The position numbers were made by a program, and so were the translations under genes. From Flavobacteriales bacterium CG_4_10_14_0_2_um_filter_35_18 (GTDB lineage: Bacteria; Bacteroidota; Bacteroidia; Flavobacteriales; Flavobacteriaceae), in the NCBI GenBank assembly GCA_002793215.1, contig PFPU01000107.1, positions 2,018 through 66,017 on the forward strand: a stretch of 64,000 nucleotides of DNA, written 5' to 3'. Of the stretch, positions 26,121 to 35,697 are shown one piece after another. How positions within the stretch are numbered: position 1 is the first letter of the stretch; each line of letters begins with the position of its first letter. The notes under the pieces are model-generated. The model was not told the origin of the DNA. It saw nothing but the letters and a program-made list of their open reading frames with translations, and made no database searches.

Positions 26121-28028
26121 ATGCCAAACGTCATTGCACACAGTTTATTTACCGAATTCGACATTAATTTGTTTAAAGCGGGAAAACATTACAGACTTTA
26201 CGAAAAATTTGGGTCACATCCCTTAAATTTGAATGGGGTTAATGGAACTTATTTTGCGGTATGGGCTCCAAGTGCCAAGCAAGTTTCGGTGATTGGCGAT
26301 TTTAACCATTGGGTTGATGGTGAATTTAAATTAAAAGTGCGCTGGGATGCTTCTGGAATTTGGGAAGGTTTTATTCCCTATGTTGGAAAAGGGAATCTTT
26401 ATAAATACAAAATCCATTCAACGATCAATAATTATATTTCTGAAAAGGCTGATCCCTATGCCAAACGAAGTGAACACCCACCAAAAACAGCATCTGCCAT
26501 TTGGATAGACAATTACCAATGGAACGATAAGTCTTGGCTAGATATTAGAAAAAATTACAATGCTTTGGATGCACCTTTTTCGGTTTATGAAGTCCATTTA
26601 GGCTCTTGGAAAAGAAAACTTGAAGAAAATCGCTTTCTGTCTTATTTTGAATTAGCAGATGAATTGGTTAGTTATGTAAAAGCCATGAATTTTACGCACG
26701 TCGAATTTATGCCTATTATGGAATTTCCTTACGACCCTTCTTGGGGCTACCAAATTACGGGTTATTTTGCCCCAACTTCGCGTTTTGGTTATCCCGACGA
26801 GTTTAAATATCTGGTTGACAAACTCCATCAAAATAATATTGGACTCCTATTAGATTGGGTTCCGTCACATTTTCCTGAAGATGCCCACGGACTTGGTTTT
26901 TTTGACGGCTCTCATTTATATGAGCATCCCGATAGAAAACGCGGTTACCATCTCGATTGGAAGAGCTTGATTTTTAATTATGGACGCCATGAAGTTCGCT
27001 CGTTTTTAATTAGCAATGCGCTTTTTTGGCTAGACCACTATCACGCCGATGGTTTAAGAGTAGATGCTGTTGCCTCAATGTTGTTTTTAGATTACTCTCG
27101 CAATGAAGGCGAGTGGGAAGCAAACATTTATGGTGGAAATGAAAATTTAGAAGCCATCTCTTTTTTAAAGGAATTAAATACCGAAATTTATAAATCATTT
27201 CCTGACGTTCAATCAATTGCCGAAGAATCAACGGCCTTTCCTAAGGTGTCAAGTCCTGTGTTTTTGGGTGGCTTAGGTTTTGGTATGAAATGGATGATGG
27301 GTTGGATGCACGACACCTTACAATATTTTTCAAAAGATCCTATTTACCGACGTTTTCATCAAAATGACATTACCTTTAGCTTAACTTATGCCTTTACCGA
27401 AAATTATATGTTGCCCTTATCGCACGATGAAGTTGTATATGGTAAAAATTCTATCCTCGGTAAAATGCCTGGCGATGAATGGCAACGTTTTGCCAATTTA
27501 AGATTGTTATACGGCTATATGTTTACACATCCGGGAACCAAATTATTGTTTATGGGTGGTGAATTTGGTCAGTATCAAGAGTGGAATTTTGAAAAAAGTC
27601 TGGATTGGAATTTATTAGATTTTGAGCCACATAAAAACACACAAAATTATGTTGCGGCTTTAAATCAATTTTATAAAACAACGCCCGCTTTATTTGAAAA
27701 AGGTTTTAGTTCAGACGGTTTTGAATGGCTTAATTATGAAGATGCCACAAATTCAGTTATTGCCTTTATCCGCAAAGGTGTTAAAACCGAAAATAGAGTA
27801 GTTGTTATTTGCAATTTCACGCCAAATACCTTGTTAAATTACCGTTTGGGAATGCCTCAAAAAGGAAAACTTAAAGAGTTGTTTAACAGTGATGCTAAGG
27901 AATTTGGCGGTAGCGGACTTTGCAATACAAAGCAAATAAACATTAAAAAAATTCCTTGGAATGGAAGAAACCATTCAGCCGAAATTAATTTGCCTCCTTT
28001 GGGCATAATCATTTTAAATCTCCAATAA
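26121..28028 (+). CDS. glgB: 1,4-alpha-glucan branching enzyme
   Basis: 635 aa with CBM48 (TYFAVWAPSAKQVSVIGDFNHW) and GH13 regions (DWVPSHF, GLRVDAVASM, AEESTAFP, LSHDEVV). Confidence 0.9.
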   Translation: MPNVIAHSLFTEFDINLFKAGKHYRLYEKFGSHPLNLNGVNGTYFAVWAPSAKQVSVIGDFNHWVDGEFKLKVRWDASGIWEGFIPYVGKGNLYKYKIHSTINNYISEKADPYAKRSEHPPKTASAIWIDNYQWNDKSWLDIRKNYNALDAPFSVYEVHLGSWKRKLEENRFLSYFELADELVSYVKAMNFTHVEFMPIMEFPYDPSWGYQITGYFAPTSRFGYPDEFKYLVDKLHQNNIGLLLDWVPSHFPEDAHGLGFFDGSHLYEHPDRKRGYHLDWKSLIFNYGRHEVRSFLISNALFWLDHYHADGLRVDAVASMLFLDYSRNEGEWEANIYGGNENLEAISFLKELNTEIYKSFPDVQSIAEESTAFPKVSSPVFLGGLGFGMKWMMGWMHDTLQYFSKDPIYRRFHQNDITFSLTYAFTENYMLPLSHDEVVYGKNSILGKMPGDEWQRFANLRLLYGYMFTHPGTKLLFMGGEFGQYQEWNFEKSLDWNLLDFEPHKNTQNYVAALNQFYKTTPALFEKGFSSDGFEWLNYEDATNSVIAFIRKGVKTENRVVVICNFTPNTLLNYRLGMPQKGKLKELFNSDAKEFGGSGLCNTKQINIKKIPWNGRNHSAEINLPPLGIIILNLQ

Positions 28029-28102
28029 AATTTTAAAAATTATTCATTAACTGTAAACTAAAAATTACTAGGTTTACCGCTTTTTATTCAACCATACAAT
28101 TT

Positions 28103-30514
28103 ATGATTTTAAGTACCGAATTAGAATATAAAGGAAACCAATTTCCCACAAAGATTAGTTCCTATAAAAAAGATGTTGACACCCTATATTTTACCTGCGA
28201 AAATAATGTGGTAATGCAAATTACCGTTGAACGCGACAGTGTTTTAAGGTTTAGATATACTACCAAATCTATTTTTGAAAAAGATTTTTCTTACGCCATT
28301 ACAAAATATGCCAGCAGGGGTTTTAACAAACTAGAGCTTGCTGAAGAAGATGATAAATACATCCTTACAACCGAAAAGCTTATTTGCCATATTGCAAAAA
28401 TTGACCTGCGAACCTCAATATTTGATGCGCATGACCTTACCCTACTTTGTGAAGATGAACTCGGTTTTCATTGGGAGGAAAGCTATGAATATGGCGGAGA
28501 TATTGTTAAAATGTCTAAAACAACTTTTGAAGGAGAGAGCTATTATGGTCTGGGAGATAAACCCGTAAATAACAATTTAAAAGGTAAACGCTTCGAAAAT
28601 TGGGTAACTGATTCGTATGCATTTAAGAGAGGAACCGACCCTATTTATAAAGCCATTCCTTTTTATACGGGCATTCACCATAAAAAAGCCTATGGAATCT
28701 TTTTTGATAATACCTTCCGCACTTTTTTTGATTTTTGTCAAGAACGGCGAAATGTAGCGAGTTTTTGGGCTCAGGGTGGTGAAATGAATTATTATTTTAT
28801 TTACGGACCGCAAATGCGTGATGTGGTTGCAAATTACACCGATTTAACTGGCCGTCCGCATCAATTGCCTCCACTTTGGGCTTTGGGTTATCATCAAAGT
28901 AAATGGAGTTATTATCCAGAATCAAAGGTTAAAGACGTTACCAATAAGCTAAGAGACTTAAAAATTCCTTGCGATGCCATCTATTTAGACATTGATTATA
29001 TGGACGGTTTTAGGTGTTTTACTTGGAACAAAGACTATTTTCCTGACCCAAAACGGATGGTTAAAGAATTATCCGACAACGGATTTAAAACAATTGTAAT
29101 TATTGATCCAGGTATAAAAATAGATCCCAATTACAGCGTTTTTAAAGAAGGTTTAGAAAAAAATTATTTTTGCAAACGTGCCGATGGTCCTTATATGAAA
29201 GGAAAAGTTTGGCCGGGTGAATGCTATTTTCCCGATTTTACAAGTGCAAAAGTCCGCGAATGGTGGTCTGACCTTTTTAAAGAATTGATTGAAGATATTG
29301 GCGTAAAAGGGGTGTGGAATGACATGAATGAACCTGCCGTTATGGATGTTCCAGGCAAATCATTCCCCGACGATGTGCGCCATAGCTATGATGGCAACCA
29401 TTGCAGTCACCGCAAAGCCCATAATGTTTATGGAATGCAAATGGCACGCGCAACATACCAAGGTTTAAAAAAATTCTCTTACCCTAAACGCCCTTTTGTT
29501 ATCACACGCGCTGCTTATGCAGGCACACAACGTTATACCTCAACTTGGACGGGAGATAATTCGGCTACTTGGGATCATTTATCAATAGCCAATGCCCAAG
29601 CACAGCGCATGTGTATGTCGGGATTTTCGTTTGTAGGCTCCGATATTGGCGGTTTTGCCGAACAACCCAATGGTGAACTTTATGCCAGATGGATTCAGTT
29701 AGGCGTTTTTCATCCTTTTTGTAGAACCCATTCCTCAGGAGATCACGGCGAACAAGAACCTTATTCATTTGACGATAATGTAACTAATATTGTTAGAAAA
29801 TTTATTGAAATCAGATACCAATTATTGCCTTATTTATATACCGCTTTTTGGAGGTATATCAATGAAGGGGTGCCAATTTTAAAATCTCTAGTCCTTTTTG
29901 ATCAAGATGATTTACAAACCCATCACCGCAATGATGAATTTATTTTTGGCGAAAAAATATTGGTTTGCCCGATACTAGAACCGAATGCAAAAGGGCGTCG
30001 CATGTTCATTCCAAGAGGAAAATGGTACAATTTCTGGAATTGTGAATTGATTCTAGGAGGTGAAGAAGTGTGGGTTGATGCCGATATTGACAGTATGCCT
30101 ATTTTTATAAAAGAGGGCGCTATCATTCCTAAATATCCCATCCAGCAATATGTTGGTGAAAAAACAATTGACCAACTTAAATTAGAAGTTTTTTATAAAT
30201 TGGGTAATGAAAAATCGCAGGTATTTGAAGATGCACATGATGGATATGACTATAAAAAAGGAAAGTTTAGTTTGCGCAATTTTAGTTTGGTAGGCAAGGA
30301 AGATACGCTTACCATTCAGCAATTTAAATCAGGAACATTTATACCCTCTTATTTAACATTTGAAATCAAATTTTATGGATTGCCTTTTACCATCAAAAAA
30401 GTGGTTATAGATAATGAAGAAATTGAATTCAAAGACCTTAATTTAGATGCGCCAGTTTTAATAATATCTAAAGAATTTACGGTGCTTCATATCATTGGAG
30501 AAAAACAAATTTAA
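28103..30514 (+). CDS. GH31 alpha-glucosidase family protein
   Basis: 803 aa with the GH31 catalytic motifs GVWNDMNEP (nucleophile region) and WTGDNSATWDHL, and FVGSDIGGF. Confidence 0.85.
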   Translation: MILSTELEYKGNQFPTKISSYKKDVDTLYFTCENNVVMQITVERDSVLRFRYTTKSIFEKDFSYAITKYASRGFNKLELAEEDDKYILTTEKLICHIAKIDLRTSIFDAHDLTLLCEDELGFHWEESYEYGGDIVKMSKTTFEGESYYGLGDKPVNNNLKGKRFENWVTDSYAFKRGTDPIYKAIPFYTGIHHKKAYGIFFDNTFRTFFDFCQERRNVASFWAQGGEMNYYFIYGPQMRDVVANYTDLTGRPHQLPPLWALGYHQSKWSYYPESKVKDVTNKLRDLKIPCDAIYLDIDYMDGFRCFTWNKDYFPDPKRMVKELSDNGFKTIVIIDPGIKIDPNYSVFKEGLEKNYFCKRADGPYMKGKVWPGECYFPDFTSAKVREWWSDLFKELIEDIGVKGVWNDMNEPAVMDVPGKSFPDDVRHSYDGNHCSHRKAHNVYGMQMARATYQGLKKFSYPKRPFVITRAAYAGTQRYTSTWTGDNSATWDHLSIANAQAQRMCMSGFSFVGSDIGGFAEQPNGELYARWIQLGVFHPFCRTHSSGDHGEQEPYSFDDNVTNIVRKFIEIRYQLLPYLYTAFWRYINEGVPILKSLVLFDQDDLQTHHRNDEFIFGEKILVCPILEPNAKGRRMFIPRGKWYNFWNCELILGGEEVWVDADIDSMPIFIKEGAIIPKYPIQQYVGEKTIDQLKLEVFYKLGNEKSQVFEDAHDGYDYKKGKFSLRNFSLVGKEDTLTIQQFKSGTFIPSYLTFEIKFYGLPFTIKKVVIDNEEIEFKDLNLDAPVLIISKEFTVLHIIGEKQI

Positions 30515-30551
30515 GTTTTAACTTAATTTGTGTAAGTATTAACCGATAAAA

Positions 30552-31133
30552 ATGACTATCGTTAAAAATAATAAAATGAATTTTAAAAAAAATATGTGGT
30601 CTAATATTGTATTTATAGTTGTTATTGCAGCACTGATATACCCAAATTCAAGAGCTTGGCTAATGCGCCAAGTTGCTTTTGCTCCATCGGTAAATGCTGT
30701 TGAAAAAAGTCCGAGTTTATCAACTTATCAGTGGGAATTAAAGGGAATTAATACCCCTGATATCAATTTTGAATCCTTAAAGGGAAAGGTTGTTTTTGTA
30801 AACTTTTGGGCAACTTGGTGTCCGCCTTGTCGTGCCGAAATGCCACTGATTCAAAAATTGTATAATGATTATAAAACTAAAGTTGATTTTGTTTTTGTAA
30901 CCTCCGACCCATCCGAAAAGGTAACATCCTATTATCAAGAGCACCAATTAGATTTGCCAACTTACAATATGCATACACAGGAGCCTAGTGAATTTGTTAC
31001 GCGTAGCATACCGGCAACTTATATTGTGAGCAAAAAGGGAAAAATTGTGGTTTCTACTGTTGGCGCAGCCGATTGGAATAGCGATAAAGTGCGAAAGCTT
31101 TTAGATAAATTATTAGCTGATAACAATCAATAA
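30552..31133 (+). CDS. TlpA/ResA-like thiol:disulfide oxidoreductase (membrane-anchored thioredoxin fold)
   Basis: 193 aa with an N-terminal TM and FWATWCPPCRAEMP (CxxC). Confidence 0.8.
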   Translation: MTIVKNNKMNFKKNMWSNIVFIVVIAALIYPNSRAWLMRQVAFAPSVNAVEKSPSLSTYQWELKGINTPDINFESLKGKVVFVNFWATWCPPCRAEMPLIQKLYNDYKTKVDFVFVTSDPSEKVTSYYQEHQLDLPTYNMHTQEPSEFVTRSIPATYIVSKKGKIVVSTVGAADWNSDKVRKLLDKLLADNNQ

Positions 31134-31134
31134 G

Positions 31135-32322
31135 TTACTCGGTTTTTGATAAATCATCAATAACGCTGAGCAATAGCTGACAACCTTTTTTTAAATCAAA
31201 TTTTGAAATGTTTAATGGTGGGGTTATGCGAATGGCACAGCCTTCAAAAAGCAACCAAAATAAAATAAGACCGCGATCTAAACAAGTTAAAATGACTTTT
31301 GTAGCGAAATCAGCATCTTTAACAATTATTGCCAACATCAAACCAACACCGCGGATTTCTTTAATTTCGGGATGAATTAAGGTACTTCTAATAATTTGTT
31401 CGCGTTCTAATACGCCAGCCAATAATTTGGGATTTATAAGCTCCTTTAGTGTTGCAAACGCCGCCGCCGCAATAACCGGATGTCCACCAAAAGTGGTGAT
31501 ATGACCGAGTTTTGGATGGTGGCTCAACAATTCCATGTGAGCTTTAGAAGCGATAAAAGCACCAATAGGCATGCCGCCTCCTAAGCCTTTGCCAACGATA
31601 ATTATATCTGGAATAACTCTGTAATTTTCGAATCCAAAAACTTTGCCCGTTCTGCTAAATCCAGTTTGAATTTCGTCTAAAATAAGTAAAGCACCAACTT
31701 CTTGGCAGCGTGCTTTTACTTTTCTAAGATAATTATTTTTAGGAACAATTAAGCCCGCACCGCCTTGAATGGTTTCTAAAATTACGGCTGCCGTGTGGGT
31801 GGTAATTTTGGTTAAATCGGCTACATGGTTAAAGGTGATAAATTTAGAGTTAGGAATCAAAGGTCTAAATGCACGATTTTGTTCCTCTTGTCCACAAATA
31901 CTCATAGCTCCCTGTGTATTACCGTGATAAGCCTGATGTGCCGCAATCATTTCGGTACGTCCCGTTATGCGTTTCGCTAATTTAATGGCACCTTCGGTAG
32001 CCTCAGTTCCTGAGTTTGTTAGGTAAGTAGTTTGTAAAGGCTTAGGCAGGTTTTCGGCTAATAATTTACATAAATCAAGGGGTGGTTTTTGAATAAATTC
32101 TCCATAAACCATCACATGCATATAGCGACCTAACTGTTTTTTAATAGCTTTAATTACTTTTTTAGGATGATGTCCCAAACTATTTGCCGAAACTCCGGCA
32201 ACAAAATCTAAATAAGCTTTGCCTTTATCGTCATAAATATGAGAACCTTTTGCCTTAGAAATTGTAATTGCTAAAGGGTGTGGTGTTGTTTGTGCTTGAT
32301 AATTAAAAAAATCGTCTTTCAC
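31135..32322 (-). CDS. Class-III PLP aminotransferase (acetylornithine/ornithine aminotransferase family)
   Basis: 395 aa with LTNSGTEATEGAIKLA, LILDEIQTGFSRTGK and TFGGHP motifs. Confidence 0.8.
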   Translation of the reverse strand: MKDDFFNYQAQTTPHPLAITISKAKGSHIYDDKGKAYLDFVAGVSANSLGHHPKKVIKAIKKQLGRYMHVMVYGEFIQKPPLDLCKLLAENLPKPLQTTYLTNSGTEATEGAIKLAKRITGRTEMIAAHQAYHGNTQGAMSICGQEEQNRAFRPLIPNSKFITFNHVADLTKITTHTAAVILETIQGGAGLIVPKNNYLRKVKARCQEVGALLILDEIQTGFSRTGKVFGFENYRVIPDIIIVGKGLGGGMPIGAFIASKAHMELLSHHPKLGHITTFGGHPVIAAAAFATLKELINPKLLAGVLEREQIIRSTLIHPEIKEIRGVGLMLAIIVKDADFATKVILTCLDRGLILFWLLFEGCAIRITPPLNISKFDLKKGCQLLLSVIDDLSKTE

Positions 32323-32334
32323 TTTTTTATAAAA

Positions 32335-33828
32335 TTAATCTTTAAAGATATCCTCTTTTGTCAATGGTTGTTCGGTTTCTCGCCAAATATAGCCTCTTAA
32401 AAGTCGAACATTTTCGGGCAACTGGCTTAGCGGATAAGTTGAACCATCGGGCGAAGTTATAAATTTTACGGTTTGAATCTCACCATCTTTCAATTTAAAT
32501 TGAATGTAGCTACAGGTTGATTTATTAATTCCAATGAGTTTGTTTAAATCGTCGCGAACATAGTAAAGAACTTCGCTATTTCCAACAACGTCAACATCTT
32601 GTAAATCATTTTCAATAAATTTGCCCAAAATATCACGCCCTTTAATTTGATTAAAACCGGCAGAATCTTTTTGCACGATAAATGCATTGTTTAAAACCTT
32701 TAAACTGTCTAATTTGCCTGTTGCTAAATCCTTGGTAAAGTGAATGATATCGCCGGTAATCTGACTTTTATTTGCCCATAAAACAGGATTCTTAAACATG
32801 GTGGTCAATCCGGTGGCATCATCAGAAAAAATAGAATCACATTTGCCCTGTAAATTTGGTTTAAAGAATTTAACGCGATGGAAAGCTCTTAAAACACGCT
32901 TTTTTTCAACGCCTGACATAATTAAGGTGTCTGCATGAATATACAACGAATCTTTATCTGAAATAATGATAGCCATAGCTTTATCTACAACAATTGAAGA
33001 ATCTTTTGCCTTGTAATTTTCGGCATAACCCCCTTTTGTAATCACTTTATTGAGGCTATCGGTTACAACCACATGACCGCTTGCCGAAGAAAACCCCATG
33101 TTTTTATTGTAATAAATACTATCCCCTTCAACTGTTTGTGTTTTGCTTTTAAATTTGGCATTTTTAATAAAGTGCGCAATGTCTGTTTGGGTGTTGTAAA
33201 ATCCGCGTTCGCTATAAATGGTACTCTCTTTTGTTTTTATGGTTGAGGGTCCAAATAAATAGGCAATCTTGGTATTGGTGTAATAATCTAAATGCTCAGA
33301 AGTTAACGTGTATTTGGGGTTTGTGAGTTTTACATGATTTTGAGCTGTGAACTTTTTGGTTTCTAAATAATAGTTACCTAGCTTACTTTTCAAGGTGTTT
33401 TCGCCGTCTAAAATAGTTCCATTATCATTGTAATAGAGCACCTGAGTGACGCGGTCAAAATTTAAGGTGTCAGTTGAAATTTCAACAGTTTTATCTTTTA
33501 ATTTTACATTACCCCAAGAATATGCAAATTTAGTATCGCCATTATATTTAGAAAAATTACTGTATTGCACAATGGTATCACCTTGATTAATTATCACATT
33601 ACCAATAGCATGGATGATATTTTCCTTTTTATACTGTATCGCTTTTGAACAAGTGAGTGTGATGCCTTGATGTTGAACATGAACATTTCCTGAAAAAATG
33701 GTTGCATCGGGATATTTTACATCATCAACATAGGTATTGTCGGCGTGAATTATTTTAATGCGATGTTCTTGCGACAAAACGCCAATTGTTAGCGCACAAT
33801 AAAAAAAAGTAAGAAGGGTCTTTAGCAT
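32335..33828 (-). CDS. OstA-like (LptD N-terminal-like) repeat protein
   Basis: 497 aa with a signal peptide and repeated beta-jellyroll-like segments (…GNV.V…T..A…Y…). Assignment is by pattern only. Confidence 0.55.
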   Translation of the reverse strand: MLKTLLTFFYCALTIGVLSQEHRIKIIHADNTYVDDVKYPDATIFSGNVHVQHQGITLTCSKAIQYKKENIIHAIGNVIINQGDTIVQYSNFSKYNGDTKFAYSWGNVKLKDKTVEISTDTLNFDRVTQVLYYNDNGTILDGENTLKSKLGNYYLETKKFTAQNHVKLTNPKYTLTSEHLDYYTNTKIAYLFGPSTIKTKESTIYSERGFYNTQTDIAHFIKNAKFKSKTQTVEGDSIYYNKNMGFSSASGHVVVTDSLNKVITKGGYAENYKAKDSSIVVDKAMAIIISDKDSLYIHADTLIMSGVEKKRVLRAFHRVKFFKPNLQGKCDSIFSDDATGLTTMFKNPVLWANKSQITGDIIHFTKDLATGKLDSLKVLNNAFIVQKDSAGFNQIKGRDILGKFIENDLQDVDVVGNSEVLYYVRDDLNKLIGINKSTCSYIQFKLKDGEIQTVKFITSPDGSTYPLSQLPENVRLLRGYIWRETEQPLTKEDIFKD

Positions 33829-33877
33829 GTTTGTATTTTGATAAAACGATTTACAAAGCCTGTAATGATAACAACCA

Positions 33878-35149
33878 CTATCTCATAATAGTTTGCAAAC
33901 GATCTGGTCCAACCGAAACGATGGTAATTTTAACGCCAACAAAATTTTCGATAAATTTGATATAATTAAGCAAATTTTCGGGCAATTGTGCTGCAGAAGT
34001 CATACTTGTTAAGTCGGCTTCCCAACCTTTAAATTCGGTATAAACTGGGCTAACATCTTCATTATTGATAGAATAGGGAAGGTGGTCAACCATTTTTCCT
34101 TTATAGATATAGGAAGTACATGCTTTAATGGTTTTAAAACCTGATAGCACGTCGGCTTTCATCATCATCAGTTGCGTAGCGCCATTTATTTGAACCGCAT
34201 ATTTTAAAGCTACCAAATCTAACCAACCACAACGTCTTGGTCGACCGGTAGTTGCACCAAATTCACAGCCCACGCGTCCCATAGTTTTGCCGTCGTCATC
34301 AAACAATTCGGTAGGAAACGGACCGGAGCCAACACGGGTGGTATAAGCTTTAATAATGCCAAAAACTTCGCCAATATCGTGAGGTGAAATTCCCAAACCG
34401 GTACAAGCGCCTGCAGCGGTTGTGTTAGAAGAAGTTACATAAGGGTATGTTCCAAAATCAATATCTAACATGGAACCTTGTGCGCCTTCGGCCAAAATTG
34501 TTTGGTTGTTTTTTAGGGCTTTAAAGAGATAATCTTCACTGTCAATGAATTTTAAACCTCTAAGCACAGCAAGTGCATCAAAATATTCAGCAACAAGTTC
34601 ATCTAAATTATAGGCCAAATCAACATTAAAATAAGCGAGCATACTCAAATGTTTTTGTGTGAGATTATCAAATAGCTCTTTCCAGTTATCTAACTCTAAA
34701 TCACCAACGCGCATGCCGTTTCTACCAGTTTTATCCATATAAGTAGGGCCAATTCCTTTTAGGGTAGAACCAATTTTAAGTTTGCCTTTAGTGGCTTCAG
34801 AAGCGGCGTCTAGCAATCGGTGCGTAGGCAATATCAAATGTGCTTTGCGCGATATAAAAAGTGATTCTTTATAATTGATATGATGTTGGTCGAGGTTTTC
34901 GAGCTCCTTTTTCAAAATTACAGGGTCAATAACCACGCCATTGCCAACAATATTTTTTGAACCTTTGTGAAAAATTCCAGAAGGAATGGTATGTAATACG
35001 TGTTTTTGGTTTTCAAAAATCAAGGTATGACCTGCATTTGGACCGCCTTGAAAGCGTGCAACAGTGCTGTAATTTTTTGTTAAAACATCAACAATTTTAC
35101 CTTTTCCTTCATCGCCCCATTGAAGGCCTAGCAATAAATCTACTTTCAT
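33878..35149 (-). CDS. purA: Adenylosuccinate synthase
   Basis: 423 aa with MKVDLLLGLQWGDEGKGKIVD, GPNAGHT, GIGPTY and GATTGRPRRCGW. Confidence 0.95.
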   Translation of the reverse strand: MKVDLLLGLQWGDEGKGKIVDVLTKNYSTVARFQGGPNAGHTLIFENQKHVLHTIPSGIFHKGSKNIVGNGVVIDPVILKKELENLDQHHINYKESLFISRKAHLILPTHRLLDAASEATKGKLKIGSTLKGIGPTYMDKTGRNGMRVGDLELDNWKELFDNLTQKHLSMLAYFNVDLAYNLDELVAEYFDALAVLRGLKFIDSEDYLFKALKNNQTILAEGAQGSMLDIDFGTYPYVTSSNTTAAGACTGLGISPHDIGEVFGIIKAYTTRVGSGPFPTELFDDDGKTMGRVGCEFGATTGRPRRCGWLDLVALKYAVQINGATQLMMMKADVLSGFKTIKACTSYIYKGKMVDHLPYSINNEDVSPVYTEFKGWEADLTSMTSAAQLPENLLNYIKFIENFVGVKITIVSVGPDRLQTIMR

Positions 35150-35152
35150 TTT

Positions 35153-35605
35153 TTAAATTTTATCAGGTTGTTTTTTATTGGTTGCATAAAAATAAAGGGC
35201 GTGTTTATAGATTTCAACGCCAAAAACTTCTTCTATACTCTTTTTAATATTTTGTATTCTAGGGTCACAAAATTCAATCACTTTACCTGTATCTGTTAAA
35301 ATGAGGTGGTCGTGCTGATTATCAAAATAGCATTTTTCATAATGCGCTTGATTTTGACCAAATTGATGACGCCTCACCAAACCACATTCTAGCAGTAAAT
35401 CGATGGTATTGTAAAGGGTTGCCCTGCTAATGCGATATTTTTTAGTTTGCATTAAAAGGTATAAGGTTTCTACATCAAAATGGTTTTTATAGCTGTAAAT
35501 TTCATGAAGTATGGCAAAACGTTCAGGTGTTTTACGATGCTTATTTTCAGTTAAATAAGCTGTAAATACCTTTTTTACGATTTCTTGATTTTCACTACTA
35601 TTCAT
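35153..35605 (-). CDS. Fur family transcriptional repressor
   Basis: A winged-helix region ([14 protein letters not shown]) is followed by HDHLIL..TG.VIEF. I prefer the start at Met 35605 over the track start at 35668. Confidence 0.8.
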   Translation of the reverse strand: MNSSENQEIVKKVFTAYLTENKHRKTPERFAILHEIYSYKNHFDVETLYLLMQTKKYRISRATLYNTIDLLLECGLVRRHQFGQNQAHYEKCYFDNQHDHLILTDTGKVIEFCDPRIQNIKKSIEEVFGVEIYKHALYFYATNKKQPDKI

Positions 35606-35697
35606 TTCCGTTAAGGAATTTAAGATTACAAAAATACGCTTTAAATTAGTGAATAAGTTAAGACACAATCAAATTAATTAAAAACTTTTAAACAAGC

